DNA of 64,000 nucleotides, from the NCBI GenBank assembly GCA_950097015.1, contig CATNEN010000038.1, positions 29,264,001 through 29,328,000 of the forward strand. Reading direction: 5' to 3'. The DNA comes from Macrostomum hystrix. Its lineage: Eukaryota; Animalia; Platyhelminthes. The notes under the pieces are model-generated. The model was not told the DNA's origin. It ran no database searches and saw only the letters and a list, made by a program, of their open reading frames with translations. The translations under genes were made by a program, and so were the position numbers. Positions 23,172-37,223 of this stretch are shown here, piece after piece (positions within the stretch are counted from its first letter, which is position 1; every line of letters starts with the position of its first letter).

Positions 23172-24250
23172 ACTGAGAATAGACTAGCCCAATCAGCTGT
23201 AGTTTGAGTATAGACTAGCCCAATTAGCTGTAGATGAGAATAGACTAGCCCAATTAGCTGTAGATGAGAATAGACTAGCCCAATTAGCTGTAGATGAGAA
23301 TAGACTAGCCCAATTAGCTGTAGTTTGAGTATAGACTAGCCCAATTAGCTGTAGATGAGAATAGACTAGCCCAATTAGCTGTATTTTGAGTATAGACTAG
23401 CCCAATTAGCTGTAGATGAGAATAGACTAGCCCAATTAGCTGTAGATGAGAATAGACTAGCCCAATTAGCTGTAGTTTGAGTATAGACTAGCCCAATTAG
23501 CTGTAGTTTGAGTATAGACTAGCCCAATTAGCTGTAGACTGAGAATAGACTAGCCCAATTAGCTGTAGATGAGAATAGACTAGCCCAATTAGCTGTAGAT
23601 GAGAATAGACTAGCCCAATTAGCTGTAGATGAGAATAGACTAGCCCAATTAGCTGTAGATGAGAATAGACTAGCCCAATTAGCTGTAGATGAGAATAGAC
23701 TAGCCCAATTAGCTGTAGATGAGAATAGACTAGCCCAATTAGCTGTAGATGAGAATAGACTAGCCCAATTAGCTGTAGATGAGAATAGACTAGCCCAATT
23801 AGCTGTAGTTTGAGTATAGACTAGCCCAATTAGCTGTAGATGAGAATAGACTAGCCCAATTAGCTGTAGTTTGAGTATAGACTAGCCCAATTAGCTGTAG
23901 TTTGAGTATAGACTAGCCCAATTAGCTGTAGTTTGAGAATAGACTAGCCCAATTAGCTGTAGTTTGAGTATAGACTAGCCCAATTAGCTGTAGATGAGAA
24001 TAGACTAGCCCAATTAGCTGTAGTTTGAGTATAGACTAGCCCAATTAGCTGCAGATGAGAATAGACTAGCCCAATTAGCTGTAGACTGAGAATAGACTAG
24101 CCCAATTAGCTGTAGATGAGAATAGACTAGCCCAATTAGCTGTAGATGAGAATAGACTAGCCCAATTAGCTGTAAATGAGAATAGACTAGCCCAATTAGC
24201 TGTAGACTGAGAATAGACTAGCCCAATTAGCTGTAGACTGAGAATAGACT
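23172..24250. repeat. 30/31-bp minisatellite
   Basis: TAGACTAGCCCAATTAGCTGTAGATGAGAA with a TAGTTTGAGTA variant. Confidence 0.97.
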
Positions 24251-24849
24251 TATCCAGTTTGCTATAAATTCATGCAGCATTCATAATTCAAGCTGTCCAT
24301 ATCCTTCGTCTGCATCCACTATCCTAATTTTATTACATTCCAAAACCGCAGCCGCCGCCGCTCGGTCGCAGTCAAATTCCCATCGTCGCGAGCTAGCCTA
24401 TATGGCGTCTATTTATTCGGCGTTAATCTACACAAACACTGGCATTGCTGGCGCCGGAATGTTAATAAATCTAGTGAATTTCTGTGCTTTCTCCTGTCGC
24501 ATAGTACGCGGTCACTACCTTTCCAGAGTGCTTCGATTTTTATCTGCCACGGATCTTCTATTATTATTGGCATTTTTAGTTACAGCATTCTTGCATGTGC
24601 ACAATCGTAGCCTATTATCATGCCATCTAGTCATGCTTGTCTACCTTTCTGAGTCCCTGGCTATTGGTTGGCCTCAGTGTGGACCGTTGCTTGTACGTGT
24701 TCAGGGCCAGGACAGTTGCTTATTCAGATACTGCCGGGCGTCTGTTACTAATAGTGCTTAGCCTCAGCTTAGCTTGGAGTGTGCACATATTTGTGCTAGT
24801 TGAATTTAGCTACGATACTAACGACGGCTATGGCAACGCTACTAATAGC

Positions 24850-25433
24850 CGGGAGATCTGGATGCTGCTGACCCACATTGCCGCCCGCTTCCAAATCTGG
24901 CTGCAATGGGTCCCCAGCCACTGCGACCTCCGGCGGAACGATGCCGCGGACGCCACCGCCAAGACCGCGGCCGGCCTCCCCCAGGACGAGACGCCGATCG
25001 ACTTCGGGTCAGCGCGGGCTGCCCTCCGCCGGGTCCTCGCCGAGCGCACCCGCGAAGCCTACGTGGCCGACCCGCACTGCGCCACCCACCGTCTGGCAAC
25101 CGCCACCGCCGCCCCCGGCCACGCCTAAACCGGGCCGACGCGGTGACCCTCGCCCAGCTGCGCACGGGCCACTCACCGCTCCTGCGCTGGTATCGGCACC
25201 GGATCAGCCTGGACACCGCCGCCACCTGCCCCCGCTTCGGGGCCGCCGACGAAGACGTGGCCCAAGTTTTCCTGCACTGCCGGGCCCTTGACGACCTTCG
25301 GGCCCGCATCCTTGGACCAAACCCGTCCCTGGCCGTCCTCTCGACGGACGGCCCCCGCGCGCTCGAATTCCTCCACACGGTAGGGGCGCAGACACGCCCC
25401 CCGGATCCTACCGGCCGGGAGTAACAACAACAA
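24850..25433 (+). mobile_element. 5'-truncated (CAA)n-tailed LINE (RNase H end + CCHC; Ingi/I-like) in the GPCR exon
   Basis: 16-bp TSD CAACGCTACTAATAGC at 24834-24849 and 25434-25449; LQWVPSHC..NDAAD; LAQLRTGHS; abrupt GC-rich island. Confidence 0.92.
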
Positions 25434-25709
25434 CAACGCTACTAATAGCGCTGGCGGTAGGCGCAAAAAATTTTGCCGACTAAATGCCGACAGAATATTG
25501 TGGTCCGCTGTGGACTCTGCAGTGTGCTCACTGCTGCCTGGACTAATTATTGGCTTAGCCAATTGCTACATCTGCTGCGCTGTTCGTAATTTCTATCGTC
25601 GGCTGCGTCAGCAGCGAGCTGGCCGACTGCAACTGCTGGCCCGCGGCGACGATAATGAGGCCGATCTATGCGACTGCTGCAATGAACAGGTTCGCGTGAC
25701 GTCTGTTTT

Positions 25710-27214
25710 ACTGTTCTGAATATTTGCCTGCTCCGGAGTGACTGTTCTGAATATTTGCCTGCTCCGGAGTGACTGTTCTGAATATTTGCCTGCTCCGGAG
25801 TGACTGTTCTGAATATTTGCCTGCTCCGGAGTGACTGTTCTGAATATTTGCCTGCTCCGGAGTGACTGTTCTGAATATTTGCCTGCTCCGGGGTGACTGT
25901 TCTGAATATTTGCCTGCTCCGGAGTGACTGTTCTGAATATTTGCCTGCTCCGGAGTGACTGTTCTGAATATTTGCCTGCTCCGGAGTGAATGTTCTGAAT
26001 ATTTGCCTGCTCCGGAGTGACTGTTCTGAATATTTGCCTGCTCCGGGGTGACTGTTCTGAATATTTGCCTGCTCCGGAGTGACTGTTCTGAATATTTGCC
26101 TGCTCCGGGTGAATGTTCTGTGTCTGTCTGCTGTGAGTGACTGTTCCGTGTCTGTCTGCTGTGAGTGACTGTTCCGTGTCTGTCTGCTTTGAGTGACTGT
26201 TCTGTGTCTGTCTGCTTTGGGTGTCTGTTCTGTGTCTGTCTGCTTTGGGTGTCTGTTCTGTGTCTGTCTGCTTTGGGTGTCTGTTCCGTGTCTGTCTGCT
26301 TTGGGTGTCTGTTCTGTGTCTGTCTGCTTTGGGTGACTGTTCCGTGTCTGTCTGCTTTGAGTGACTGTTCTGTGTCTGTCTGCTTTGAGTGACTGTTCTG
26401 TGTCTGTCTGCTTTGAGTGTCTGTTCTGTGTCTGTCTGCTTTGAGTGGCTGTTCTGTGTCTGTCTGCTTTGAGTGACTGTTCCGTGTCTGTCTGCTTTGG
26501 GTGTCTGTTCTGTGTCTGTCTGCTTTGGGTGTCTGTTCTGTGTCTGTCTGCTTTGGGTGTCTGTTCTGTGTCTGTCTGCTTTGGGTGTCTGTTCTGTGTC
26601 TGTCTGCTTTGGGTGTCTGTTCTGTGTCTGTCAGCTTTGGGTGTCTGTTCTGTGTCTGTCTGCTTTGGGTGACTGTTCTGTGTCTGTCTGCTTTGAGTGG
26701 CTGTTCTGTGTCTGTCTGCTTTGAGTGACTGTTCCGTGTCTGTCTGCTTTGAGTGTCTGTTCTGTGTCTGTCTGCTTTGGGTGTCTGTTCTGTGTCTGTC
26801 TGCTTTGGGTGTCTGTTCTGTGTCTGTCTGCTTTGAGTGACTGTTCTGTGTCTGTCTGCTTTGAGTGGCTGTTCTGTGTCTGTCTGCTTTGAGTGGCTGT
26901 TCTGTGTCTGTCTGCTTTGAGTGACTGTTCCGTGTCTGTCTGCTTTGAGTGTCTGTTCTGTGTCTGTCTGCTTTGGGTGTCTGTTCTGTGTCTGTCTGCT
27001 TTGGGTGTCTGTTCTGTGTCTGTCTGCTTTGAGTGACTGTTCTGTGTCTGTCTGCTTTGAGTGGCTGTTCTGTGTCTGTCTGCTTTGAGTGACTGTTCCG
27101 TGTCTGTCTGCTTTGAGTGTCTGTTCTGTGTCTGTCTGCTTTGGGTGTCTGTTCTGTGTCTGTCTGCTTTGGGTGTCTGTTCTGTGTCTGTCTGCTTTGG
27201 GTGTCTGTTCTGAA
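25710..27214. repeat. intronic minisatellite: a 31-bp array (to ~26110) followed by a related 28-bp array
   Basis: ACTGTTCTGAATATTTGCCTGCTCCGGAGTG then TGTCTGTTCTGTGTCTGTCTGCTTTGGG. Confidence 0.96.
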
Positions 27215-28299
27215 TAATTCTTAATAAATTTAGTATTTTTTTAATTTATGCAGCCTAATACACCGGTGGCATCCGTTGCTGTTGTCAAAGCTAGCCTAGC
27301 CAATCAGGAGAATGATAGCGGCTTTCACCATCAGAACACTGGCCCCGGTGTTAATGGCAGTGCTCAGGCTGGGCGCAGCGATCGACTGCTGGACGGCGAA
27401 ACTGATGTGAGTTTCCAATGACTTCCTGATAGATATCATTGTTCCATGAATAAAATTAACGATTTCACTAATAAGATGACAAGGCATCGTTTATATACAT
27501 AGTTAATCTAGCCGTTTTTCTTATTTTAGGCTCAACAGGCAGTTGAGAATCGTCAGAATTCATCCTATGGCGCTGAGTCCGACCCTATTCACGACAGAGA
27601 GCTGCTGCGTCAACAGTACCACATCACTCGTATGCTACTGGTATTCTCATTAGTCTATCTGGTGTTAAATACACCTCACTATGTACTATTGCTGGTGGCC
27701 GGCCTCGCCAGAATCTGTATACGCCTTCAACATAGCACGCATCAGTGCGCAGGCTTTGCACTTTATTCACTTCTCAACTAACGCTCTGATCTATGCCTAT
27801 GCTAATAGGCAGTATCGATTGGCTCTGTTATATTTGGCCAAGACTCCTACTTACTGCACTGATCACCTGCGGCGGCTGATCTGGAGACTGCGACGCTGGG
27901 ACTGAGCCCGGAATGGGCATTTTATTTGCTGGCCAACTGCAATGCCACTTACTTGAAGATAAGGAGAAATATCACACTGACTTCAAGCTGAGGATATGAC
28001 ACAAATATCCCACTGACTTAAAACTATTGGAGATCACGAAATAATCCCACAAACTAATTATTTTATCCTTTTCAGTTTTCTAGTCACTATTGTTTTAATG
28101 GTTGTTTTCAACCCGTGTTTTATATAAGCTGATTTATGGAATATATTGTGTTATACAACATGTTGATGAGGCTTATACTGCTCAACATTGTTCTTAAATT
28201 AATTACGAATTCCCTGATTTATTACTCTTAGTAAGCCGATAATTTATTTTTATAAACACACGTCGGAACACTTCAAAACTAACTGCACAATCAAACACA

Positions 28300-29492
28300 A
28301 TCACTGACCCACTTACCCACTGACACAATGTCCCACTGACCCACTGTCCCACTGACTCACTGTTCCACTGACCCACTGACACTGTCCCACTGACCCACTG
28401 TCCCACTGACACTGTCCCACTGACACTGTCCCACTGACACTGTCCCACTGACACTGTCCCACTGACACTGTCCCACTGACACTGTCCCAATGACCCACTG
28501 TCCCACTGACACTGTCCCAATGACCCACTGTCCCACTGACACTGTCCCAATGACCCACTGTCCCAATGACTCACTGTCCCACTGACACTGTCCCAATGAC
28601 CCACTGTCCCAATGACCCACTGTCCCACTGACCCACTGTCCCACTGACACTGTCCCTATGACCCACTGACACTGTCCCACTGACACTGTCCCAATGACCC
28701 ACTGTCCCACTGACCCACTGTCCCACTGACACTGTCCCACTGACACTGTCCCACTGACACTGTCCCACTGACCCACTGTCCCACTGACACTGTCCCACTG
28801 ACACTGTCTCACTGACCCACTGTCCCACTGACACTGTCCCAATGACCCACTGTCCCACTGACACTGTCCCACTGACACTGTCCCACTGACCCACTGTCCC
28901 ACTGACACTGTCCCACTGACACTGTCCCACTGACCCACTGTCCCACTGACACTGTCCCAATGACCCACTGTCCCACTGACACTGTCCCACTGACACTGTC
29001 CCACTGACACTGTCCCACTGACCCACTGTCCCACTGACACTGTCCCACTGACACTGTCCCACTGACACTGTCCCAATGACCCACTTTCCCACTGACCCAC
29101 TGTCCCATTGACACTGTCCCACTGACACTGTCCCACTGACACTGTCCCACTGACACTGTCCCACTGACACTGTCCCACTGACCCACTGTCCCACTGACAC
29201 TGTCCCACTGACACTGTCTCACTGACCCACTGTCCCACTGACACTGTCCCACTGTCACTGTCCCACTGACCAACTGTCCCACTGACACTGTCCCACTGAC
29301 ACTGTCCCAATGACCCACTGTCCCACTGTCCCAATGACCCACTGTCCCACTGACCCACTGACACTGTCCCACTGACACTGTCCCAATGACCCACTGACCC
29401 ACTGTCCCACTGACACTGTCCCTATGACCCACTGTCCCACTGTCCCACTAACACTGTCCCACTAACACTGTCCCACTGACACTGTCCCACTA
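28300..29492. repeat. 16-bp minisatellite
   Basis: CACTGTCCCACTGAC(A/C); it generates the spurious [10 protein letters not shown] ORFs. Confidence 0.96.
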
Positions 29493-29494
29493 AC

Positions 29495-29568
29495 ACGACA
29501 AGCCCCTAAGCCTTCTCTCCGCGGCTGCGACCCAAATGTATGTGGTGTCGCCCAGAGGGACCTTGGTG
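29495..29568 (-). mobile_element. fragment of the same SINE-like repeat as 56889-57230
   Basis: Shares ACGACAAGCC..AGCCTTCTCTCCGCGGCTGCG.CCCAAATG.ATGTGG..TCGCC..AGGGACCTTGG with 57109-57191. Confidence 0.75.
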
Positions 29569-29678
29569 CTCTGCCACTCACCCCAGACCCATTCGCATTC
29601 CAGGAGTCTCCGAAACCGTCGGACCGGTTCCAGGTTGGTCCCTACACCCTGGACTTTGGCGCAGAGTATCAAACACAG

Positions 29679-31656
29679 ATGACCGAACTAGTTCAGCACT
29701 ACCTGGACATTGGCCTGGCTAGGGACATGTCTCAAGCTAGCAGTCTGGCCGTACCAAATAATCAACGCAAAGCAAATTTTCTATCACACCTAGCCAAGAT
29801 GATTGTTCGCAGCTTGGAAGAGCCCTACGGTGAGATAAATCCTCTGTCGCGATTAGAACCTCACCGGGTTGCCTCCAGACTGTTGGGTGTCTATGGCCTG
29901 GAGTTTATGGCACACCTGACGGCGCATTTGAGACTGCGGCTCTGCCTGCTGGAGAGGCGTGTGCTGTCTGGCAGACCGAATCTGCACGACTACGGTCTGG
30001 TGGAATTTCTTTGCGATGTAGCAACTGCTGTGCCTCAGGTTGGTACTTCGCTGACTTCACTGTCAGAATCTTCAGTGCTACATTCAGGATCAGTGAGATA
30101 ATGCTTCAGGATCAGTGGGATGATGCTTCAGTATCAGTAGGATGATGCTTCAGGATCAGTGGGATGATGCTTCAGGATGAGTGGGATGATGCTTCAGGAT
30201 GAGTGGGATGATGCTTCAGGATCAGTAGGATGATGCTTCAGGATCAGTAGGATGATGCTTCACTATCAGTAGGATGATGCTTCAGTATCAGGAGGATGAT
30301 GCTTCAGTATCAGTAGGATGATGCTTCAGTATCAGTAGGATGATGCTTCAGGATCAGTAGGATGATGCTTCAGTATCAGTAGGATGATGCTTCAGGATGA
30401 GTGGGATGATGCTTCAGGATCAGTAGGATGATGCTTCAGTATCAGTAGGATGATGCTTCAGGATCAGTAGGATGATGCTTCAGTATCAGTAGGATGATGC
30501 TTCAGTATCAGTAGGATGATGCTTCAGGATGAGTGGGATGATGCTTCAGGATCAGTAGGATGATGCTTCAGTATCAGTAGGATGATGCTTCAGGATCAGT
30601 AGGATGATGCTTCAGTATCAGTAGGATGATGCTTCAGGATCAGTAGGATGATGCTTCAGTATCAGTAGGATGATGCTTCAGGATCAGTAGGATGATGCTT
30701 CAGTATCAGTAGGATGATGCTTCAGGATGAGTGGGATGATGCTTCAGGATCAGTAGGATGATGCTTCAGTATCAGTAGGATGATGCTTCAGTATCAGTAG
30801 GATGATGCTTCAGGATCAGTAGGATGATGCTTCAGTATCAGTAGGATGATGCTTCAGGATCAGTAGGATGATGCTTCAGTATCAGTAGGATGATGCTTCA
30901 GTATCAGTAGGATGATGCTTCAGGATCAGTAGGATGATGCTTCAGTATCAGTAGGATGATGCTTCAGTATCAGTAGGATGATGCTTCAGGATCAGTAGGA
31001 TGATGCTTCAGTATCAGTAGGATGATGCTTCAGTATCAGTAGGATGATGCTTCAGGATCAGTAGGATGATGCTTCAGGATGAGTGGGATGATGCTTCAGG
31101 ATCAGTAGGATGATGCTTCAGGATCAGTAGGATGATGCTTCAGGATCAGTAGGATGATGCTTCAGTATCAGTAGGATGATGCTTCAGTATCAGTAGGATG
31201 AGGCTTCAGGATCAGTAGGATGATGCTTGAGGTTCAGTGGGATGATTTCAGTGTTAGTAAGATGCTTCAGGATCTTCGATATGAATGTTTCATGCAGTTA
31301 AAAAGCCATTGAATGCACTAAGACCAGACTCAACTCAAACCCGACTCACCCAGTTGCGCCACACCCTGGCCTGTTACGCATGGGAGTGCCTGCACTTACT
31401 GTCTAGCGTGCAGTCAGAGAGACCCCAGGCTTGGCGCAAATTGTCCTACCTATTTGAGCAGTGCCAGCCTGTGCTGCTGTGCCAATGCGATCAATTTGAC
31501 AGCTCCAAGCGTCACGATATATTCAGAGACAACGCCACTTGTCTGTTAGATAAGTTGAACAATCTTGCTGGACTGTCAGAGTTTGTCGATAGTCCCGCCG
31601 TGGCTAAAACTGCCGCTCAGCTTAACGCACTACTGAGTTCTTACTTTAAGAAGTAG
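29679..31656 (+). CDS. last two exons of an unidentified host protein (~29679-30038 and 31354-31656)
   Basis: Protein-like Leu-rich helical ORFs joined in phase 0 by CAG|GTTGGT ... CAG|TTG; the 5' boundary is uncertain. Confidence 0.55.
30085..31250. repeat. 22-bp intronic minisatellite
   Basis: GATGATGCTTCAG(G/T)ATCAGTAG. Confidence 0.97.
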
Positions 31657-31829
31657 TATGATTGTACTTATTTAGCTACATTTATTTAATTTAACTACTC
31701 CTTTTGTAATTTTTCGTTACTTATCTGATCGAGCTCTATATATCTTAGTTAAAACCTTTATTTTGTCAATCATTATTTGATTACGTCATTATGTAGTTAT
31801 TTTCAGTAATGCCTGAACCTTTCAGATAG

Positions 31830-32110
31830 GCTCCCCAACTTTATAATTGGTTCTCTTAATTTTCTAATTCGCTCAACTTTCTAATTTGCTAATCGAATTT
31901 CTTATTAGCTCCCTAATTTTCTAATAAGTGTCCTAATTTTTTAATTTGCTTTCTGCCTTTCTAAGTAGCTCCCTAATTTTCTAATAAGCTCCCTAATTTT
32001 CTAATAAGCTCCCTATTTTACTAATAAGCTCCCTGATTTACCAATAAGCTCCCTAATTTACCAATTAGCTCCCTAATTTTCTAATTGGCTTCCTAATCTT
32101 CCCTAATACC
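31830..32110. repeat. degenerate 20-bp repeat
   Basis: CTAATAAGCTCCCTAATTTT. Confidence 0.8.
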
Positions 32111-32942
32111 TTATAATTGAATATAGGATTTTGCAATCAAATTACTCCTTAACATGCATGAAAAATCGGTTGATCATCATTTAGTTTTACATATTGATCA
32201 CAAATTTTCCAATTCAAGCTTAAAATCACTGCTATTTCCTGTTATTTAATATAGATTCCACGACTCATGTTTGCGTTGTAAATAATAGATTTTTGTGCCA
32301 AATATGTATGTTCATTCGTTTTAATTAATGTTACGATTTCATTATTTCTATTTAACTTTTTGTAACCGAAGTTTTTTATTATTTTCAAGAATTTCTATAG
32401 CGAAATTCTTTGATTTTAGCAAACATTTTATTCTAACAAATTCGTGTTGTTGCTCCGTTATTTTCATGTAGAGATATTTTTTCTTAAAATTTCGATCTTA
32501 GATCATTTTTCCTCGCTACCTACTGCCGGCGCAGAGCAGTAGCAGGATGCGCGTATTTTCACATCATATTTTATTGAAGCCGTTGTATAAAGTTTCTTGT
32601 TTTGCTTTTTCGCTTAAAGCTTTGTTGCTTTTTATTATAATTCTTGGCTTGCTTCATTCGCTTTTAACTAAATTTTAATATTGTAACATTTTTACAAAAT
32701 GTTTCACTTGGTTTTAAATAAATGAATGCTACATTCACTGTTGTGTGTATTTAAAAAATAAACAGCTCATAATATCTAAAATATAAAATGCAGTGTCAGT
32801 AATAATATTATTCTTCTTAACAATAATTGGAATTCATAATAATGCCTCAATAATTGAAATTGACTGATCGATCGGTACCAAAAATATAAGAAATTATATT
32901 TCGTTTTGTTACTGATATTATAATTTGGCTGTTCTTTTTCTG

Positions 32943-34680
32943 ACAGTGATCTGTTAGATCTTCAACCTGTTAGACTGGGCAATGATCTGTTAGATCTTCA
33001 ACCTGTTAGACTGGGCAGTGATCTGTTAGATCTTCAACCTGTTAGACTGCGCAATGATCTGTTAGATCTTCAACCTGTTAGACTGGGCAATGATCTGTTA
33101 GATCTTCAACCTGTTAGACTGGGCAGTGATCTGTTAGATCTTCAACCTGTTAGACTGGGCAATGATCTGTTAGATCTTCAACCTGTTAGACTGGGCAGTG
33201 ATCTGTTAGATCTTCAACCTGTTGGACTGGGCAATGATCTGTTAGATCTTCAACCTGTTAGACTGGGCAATGATCTGTTAGATCTTCAACCTGTTAGACA
33301 GTGATCGGTTAGATATTCAAGCTGTTAGACAGTGATCGGTTAGATATTCAAGCTGTCAGACAGTGATCGTTAGATATTCAAACTGTTAGACAGTGATCAG
33401 TTAGATATTCAACCTGTTAGACAGTGATCGGTTAGATATTCAACCTTTTAGACAGTGATCGGTTAGATATTCAAGCTGTTAGACAGTGATCAGTTAGATA
33501 TTCAAGCTGTTAGACAGTGATCGGTTACATATTCAAGCTGTTAGACAGTGATCGGTTAGATCTTCAACCTGTTAGACTGGGCAGTGATCTGTTAGATCTT
33601 CAACCTGTTAGACAGTGATCGGTTAGATATTCAAGCTGTTAGACAGTAATCGGTTAGATATTCAAGCTGTTAGCCAGTGATCGGTTAGATATTCAACCTG
33701 TTAGACAGTGATCGGTTAGATATTCAAGCTGTCAGACAGTGATCGGTTAGATATTGAAGCTGTTAGACAGTGATCGGTTAGATATTCAACCTGTTAGACA
33801 GTGATCGGTTAGATTTTCAAGCTGTCAGACAGTGATCGGTTAGATATTCAACCTGTTAGACAGTGATCGGTTAGATATTCAACCTGTCAGACAGTGATCG
33901 GTTAGATATTCAAGCTGTTAGACAGTGATCGGTTAGATATTCAACCTGTTAGACAGTGATCGGTTAGATTTTCAAGCTGTCAGACAGTGATCGGTTAGAT
34001 ATTCAAGCTGTTAGACAGTGATCGGTTAGATATTCAAGCTGTTAGACAGTGATCAGTTAGATATTCAAGCTGTTAGACAGTGATCAGTTAGATATTCAAG
34101 CTGTTAGACAGTGATCGGTTAGATATTCAACCTGTTAGACAGTGATCAGTTAGATATTCAACCTGTTAGACAGTGATCAGTTAGATATTCAAGCTGTTAG
34201 ACAGTGATCAGTTAGATATTCAAGCTGTTAGACAGTGATCGGTTACATATTCAAGCTGTTAGACAGTGATCTGTTAGATCTTCAACCTGTTAGACTGGGC
34301 AGTGATCTGTTAGATCTTCAACCTGTTAGACTGGGCAGTGATCTGTTAGATATTCAACCTGTTAGACAGTGATCGGTTAGATATTCAAGCTGTTAGACAG
34401 TGATCAGTTAGATATTCAAGCTGTTAGACAGTGATCGGTTACATATTCAAGCTGTTAGACAGTGATCTGTTAGATCTTCAACCTGTTAGACTGGGCAGTG
34501 ATCTGTTAGATCTTCAACCTGTTAGACTGGGCAGTGATCTGTTAGATCTTCAACCTGTTAGACAGTGATCGGTTAGATATTCAAGCTGTTAGACAGTAAT
34601 CGGTTAGATATTCAAGCTGTTAGCCAGTGATCGGTTAGATATTCAAGCTGTCAGACAGTGATCGGTTAGATATTCAACCT
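32943..34680. repeat. 31/36-bp minisatellite
   Basis: ACAGTGATCGGTTAGATATTCAAGCTGTTAG and a variant 5 bp longer. Confidence 0.96.
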
Positions 34681-35424
34681 CAATTCGTACCATATAATTT
34701 TCCGTTTTTGCTCCAGCCTAGCTGAATGTGCCTTGAATTGCACCTAAGAAGCTCAAGTGTTGTTAGCGCGCAATGACGCTGAGCCATGACGCAAAACTGA
34801 GTTTAAAAAAGAAAAATAAATGATTCAAAACTCTATAGGCCTGATTGCTGACTTGGTCTGAACCAATTCCTTTCTAATCTATTTTTGTTCTTTTTCTTTC
34901 TACTTAGTTTTTTGGCGCCGCGGTTGCACCTGGGGTTGGCTGAACGGTGTCTCCTATTTTTAGTCCTTCCGTTTACCGAATATTTTTTATAACTTTTTTT
35001 CTCTCTGCAATCAATGTTGAACAAGTATTTTGGGAAATTTTGGGGAATTTTCCATTCGAAAATAAAAAAGTAGAAATTGTCCCTTAGTTTGAATTCGCGG
35101 CAATGCCCTCGCCACAGTCTTTCATATTTCTCACCTACTATTACAGCTTCTAGACTATTATGTTAGGTTGAAGAAACTCTTATCAACTTTACCCTGTAAT
35201 TTCTCAGTTGCCTGTTAGTATGCACTATTCAGAAGTATTCATACTTCTACATCTCTAGACGCGCAGGCAGCTTTTCTAGTGCACTAGCACAGACTCTATT
35301 GTACTAAACAAGCATCATTACTGTCTATTTTTATGTAAAAAAAACTTTTTGAAAATTTCCGCATGTGTCCAGATATAACTTAAGAAACATTTATATTTGG
35401 TTTTTCTGGTGCACACACCAATAC

Positions 35425-35830
35425 TATAAGCACCATCGAGTCTAGTGCCACCCAGACTAAGCACTACCGAGACAAGTAACACAAAGACTAAGCACTACCG
35501 AGACAAGTAACACAAAGACTAAGCAACATCGAGACAAGATCCACAATGGCTAAGCACTACCGAGACAATATCCACAAAGACTAAGCAACATCGAGACAAG
35601 TACCAAAAAGACTAAGCACTATCGAGACAAGAACCACAAAGACTAAGCACCATCGAGACAAGAACCACAAAGACTAAGCACCATCGAGACAAGATCCACA
35701 AAGACTAAGCAACATCGAGACAAGTACCAAAAAGACTAAGCACTATCGAGACAAGAACCACAAAGACTAAGCACCATCGAGACAAGATCCACAAAGACTA
35801 ATTAGTACCATAGAGTCTAAGTACTATCAA
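35425..35830. repeat. 31-bp minisatellite
   Basis: GACTAAGCACCATCGAGACAAGAACCACAAA. Confidence 0.92.
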
Positions 35831-37223
35831 AACAAGACTGTTCCGACTATCAAGACTAAGTTTTATAACACTGTATATTTTCTAATTAAAGAATTGAAGT
35901 GCTAGTCCAGCCTGGAATTCATTTACGAGCTACTGATTTTCATATTTTTTTATCAGCTGTTAATCAACATCAACATAAAAGATAATTATCATAATAAATA
36001 ATATATTAAAGCTCGAGATACTTAAATATCTGTTTCTGTACCTAGTGGGATAAAAAATGGTCTCATGTCTGCCTGAATATTCGCAGATTACCTGAAAAAG
36101 TTCTGCATCACTGCGTTTCGGCTCTACAGAGGCTGCCTAGAGTCTGCATGCACTGCCTGGCTTGAGTAGGGTTGCCAAGCTAGTCAATGCGCTTGAGCTC
36201 TCTATTTGCTGAGCTCGTGATTGCGGGCAGGTAATAATTAAGGTCTCCACCGATTGTGCGGCATTTTCAAACACCTTCCAAAGCGTAGGCCGTTGCTTAT
36301 CTTTGCCAGAAGCACATATAGCATCAAATCTACAGCAAAGCAATATTTTAAGTGAGCCAGTGCACAGAGAGCACACTCATTACTGGGCTTCCCCAAGCAA
36401 ATCCTTCATTGCAACAGATGCTTTTGACTATAACCTGATGCTTCAGTTCTGCTTAGTTTCTAACGACTCATATCAACAGTATTCGTATTACAGACGGGTT
36501 TTTATAAAAGAAAAAGAAACTGAATTTCGTTTTCTACTTTTGCTCTGCACTTTGAGAAAATTCTGCTTTCATATTAGACTATAAGGCTTTGCGGGTGGCT
36601 TCACAATACCGAAATTTCACAACGCCGTAAGACATCGTCCTTCACAAGACCGAAACTTCATAAGACCGAAATTTTACAACGCCGAAAAGTAAAAATGCAG
36701 ACTCCTTATGAAGGACAGTGCAAGAATTTTCGGCGTTGCAAGTCTTGATTTCTCACAACTTGGGAGATTCCGCTTTTATTTACCATATTATTACCCCCCA
36801 AGCGAGTGTATATTTGCAAGCAATGAATGGCAAATTAAAAGAAAAAATGAACGGTTAAGATTAACAAAAAAAATTTTTTAGCGCACGCGTGCGGGGGGCA
36901 GCGAGATAGAACGGCAGGACAGACAGAGGGGCGGCATAAAAGCCCCGCGCGCGCGCACAGGCGGAGGAAGGGGTGGGGGATTAACACACTTTACCCAGAG
37001 AGCCCGCAGAGCAGGCCCTGAGTAAAGTACACATTAACCACCAGACCCCTAGAAAGAGCAAGGCGAACGCACAAAGAGTGGCAGCGAGCACAAAGCGGAT
37101 GGCAGCGAGCCAGCAGGTCGAGGCGGGGAAAGCGACCCCAAACCCCGACACAAGGGGAGGAGCGGAAGAGGAGGAGAGAGGGAGCGAACAAAGGCCGGCA
37201 AGGCAAAGGTCAACGCAGGAGGG

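Larger units (their letters stand above)
24402..27905 (+). pseudogene. rhodopsin-family (peptide-type) GPCR, disrupted; exons 24402-25689 (contains a LINE insert), 27254-27406, 27530-27905
   Basis: TM1 GMLIN, TM2 LSATD, TM3 SPWLLVGLSVDRC, TM5 SLLPG..N, TM6 ITRML..LNTP, TM7 HFSTNALIY. Phase-0 GT-AG introns; frameshifts at ~24636 and ~27705. Confidence 0.82.

Noticed and set aside
36088-36740. Possible host exon and MITE-like ACAACGCCGAA repeats before the YR element
   Set aside because: There are stops in the candidate frames and no second terminus or TSD, so neither can be supported.
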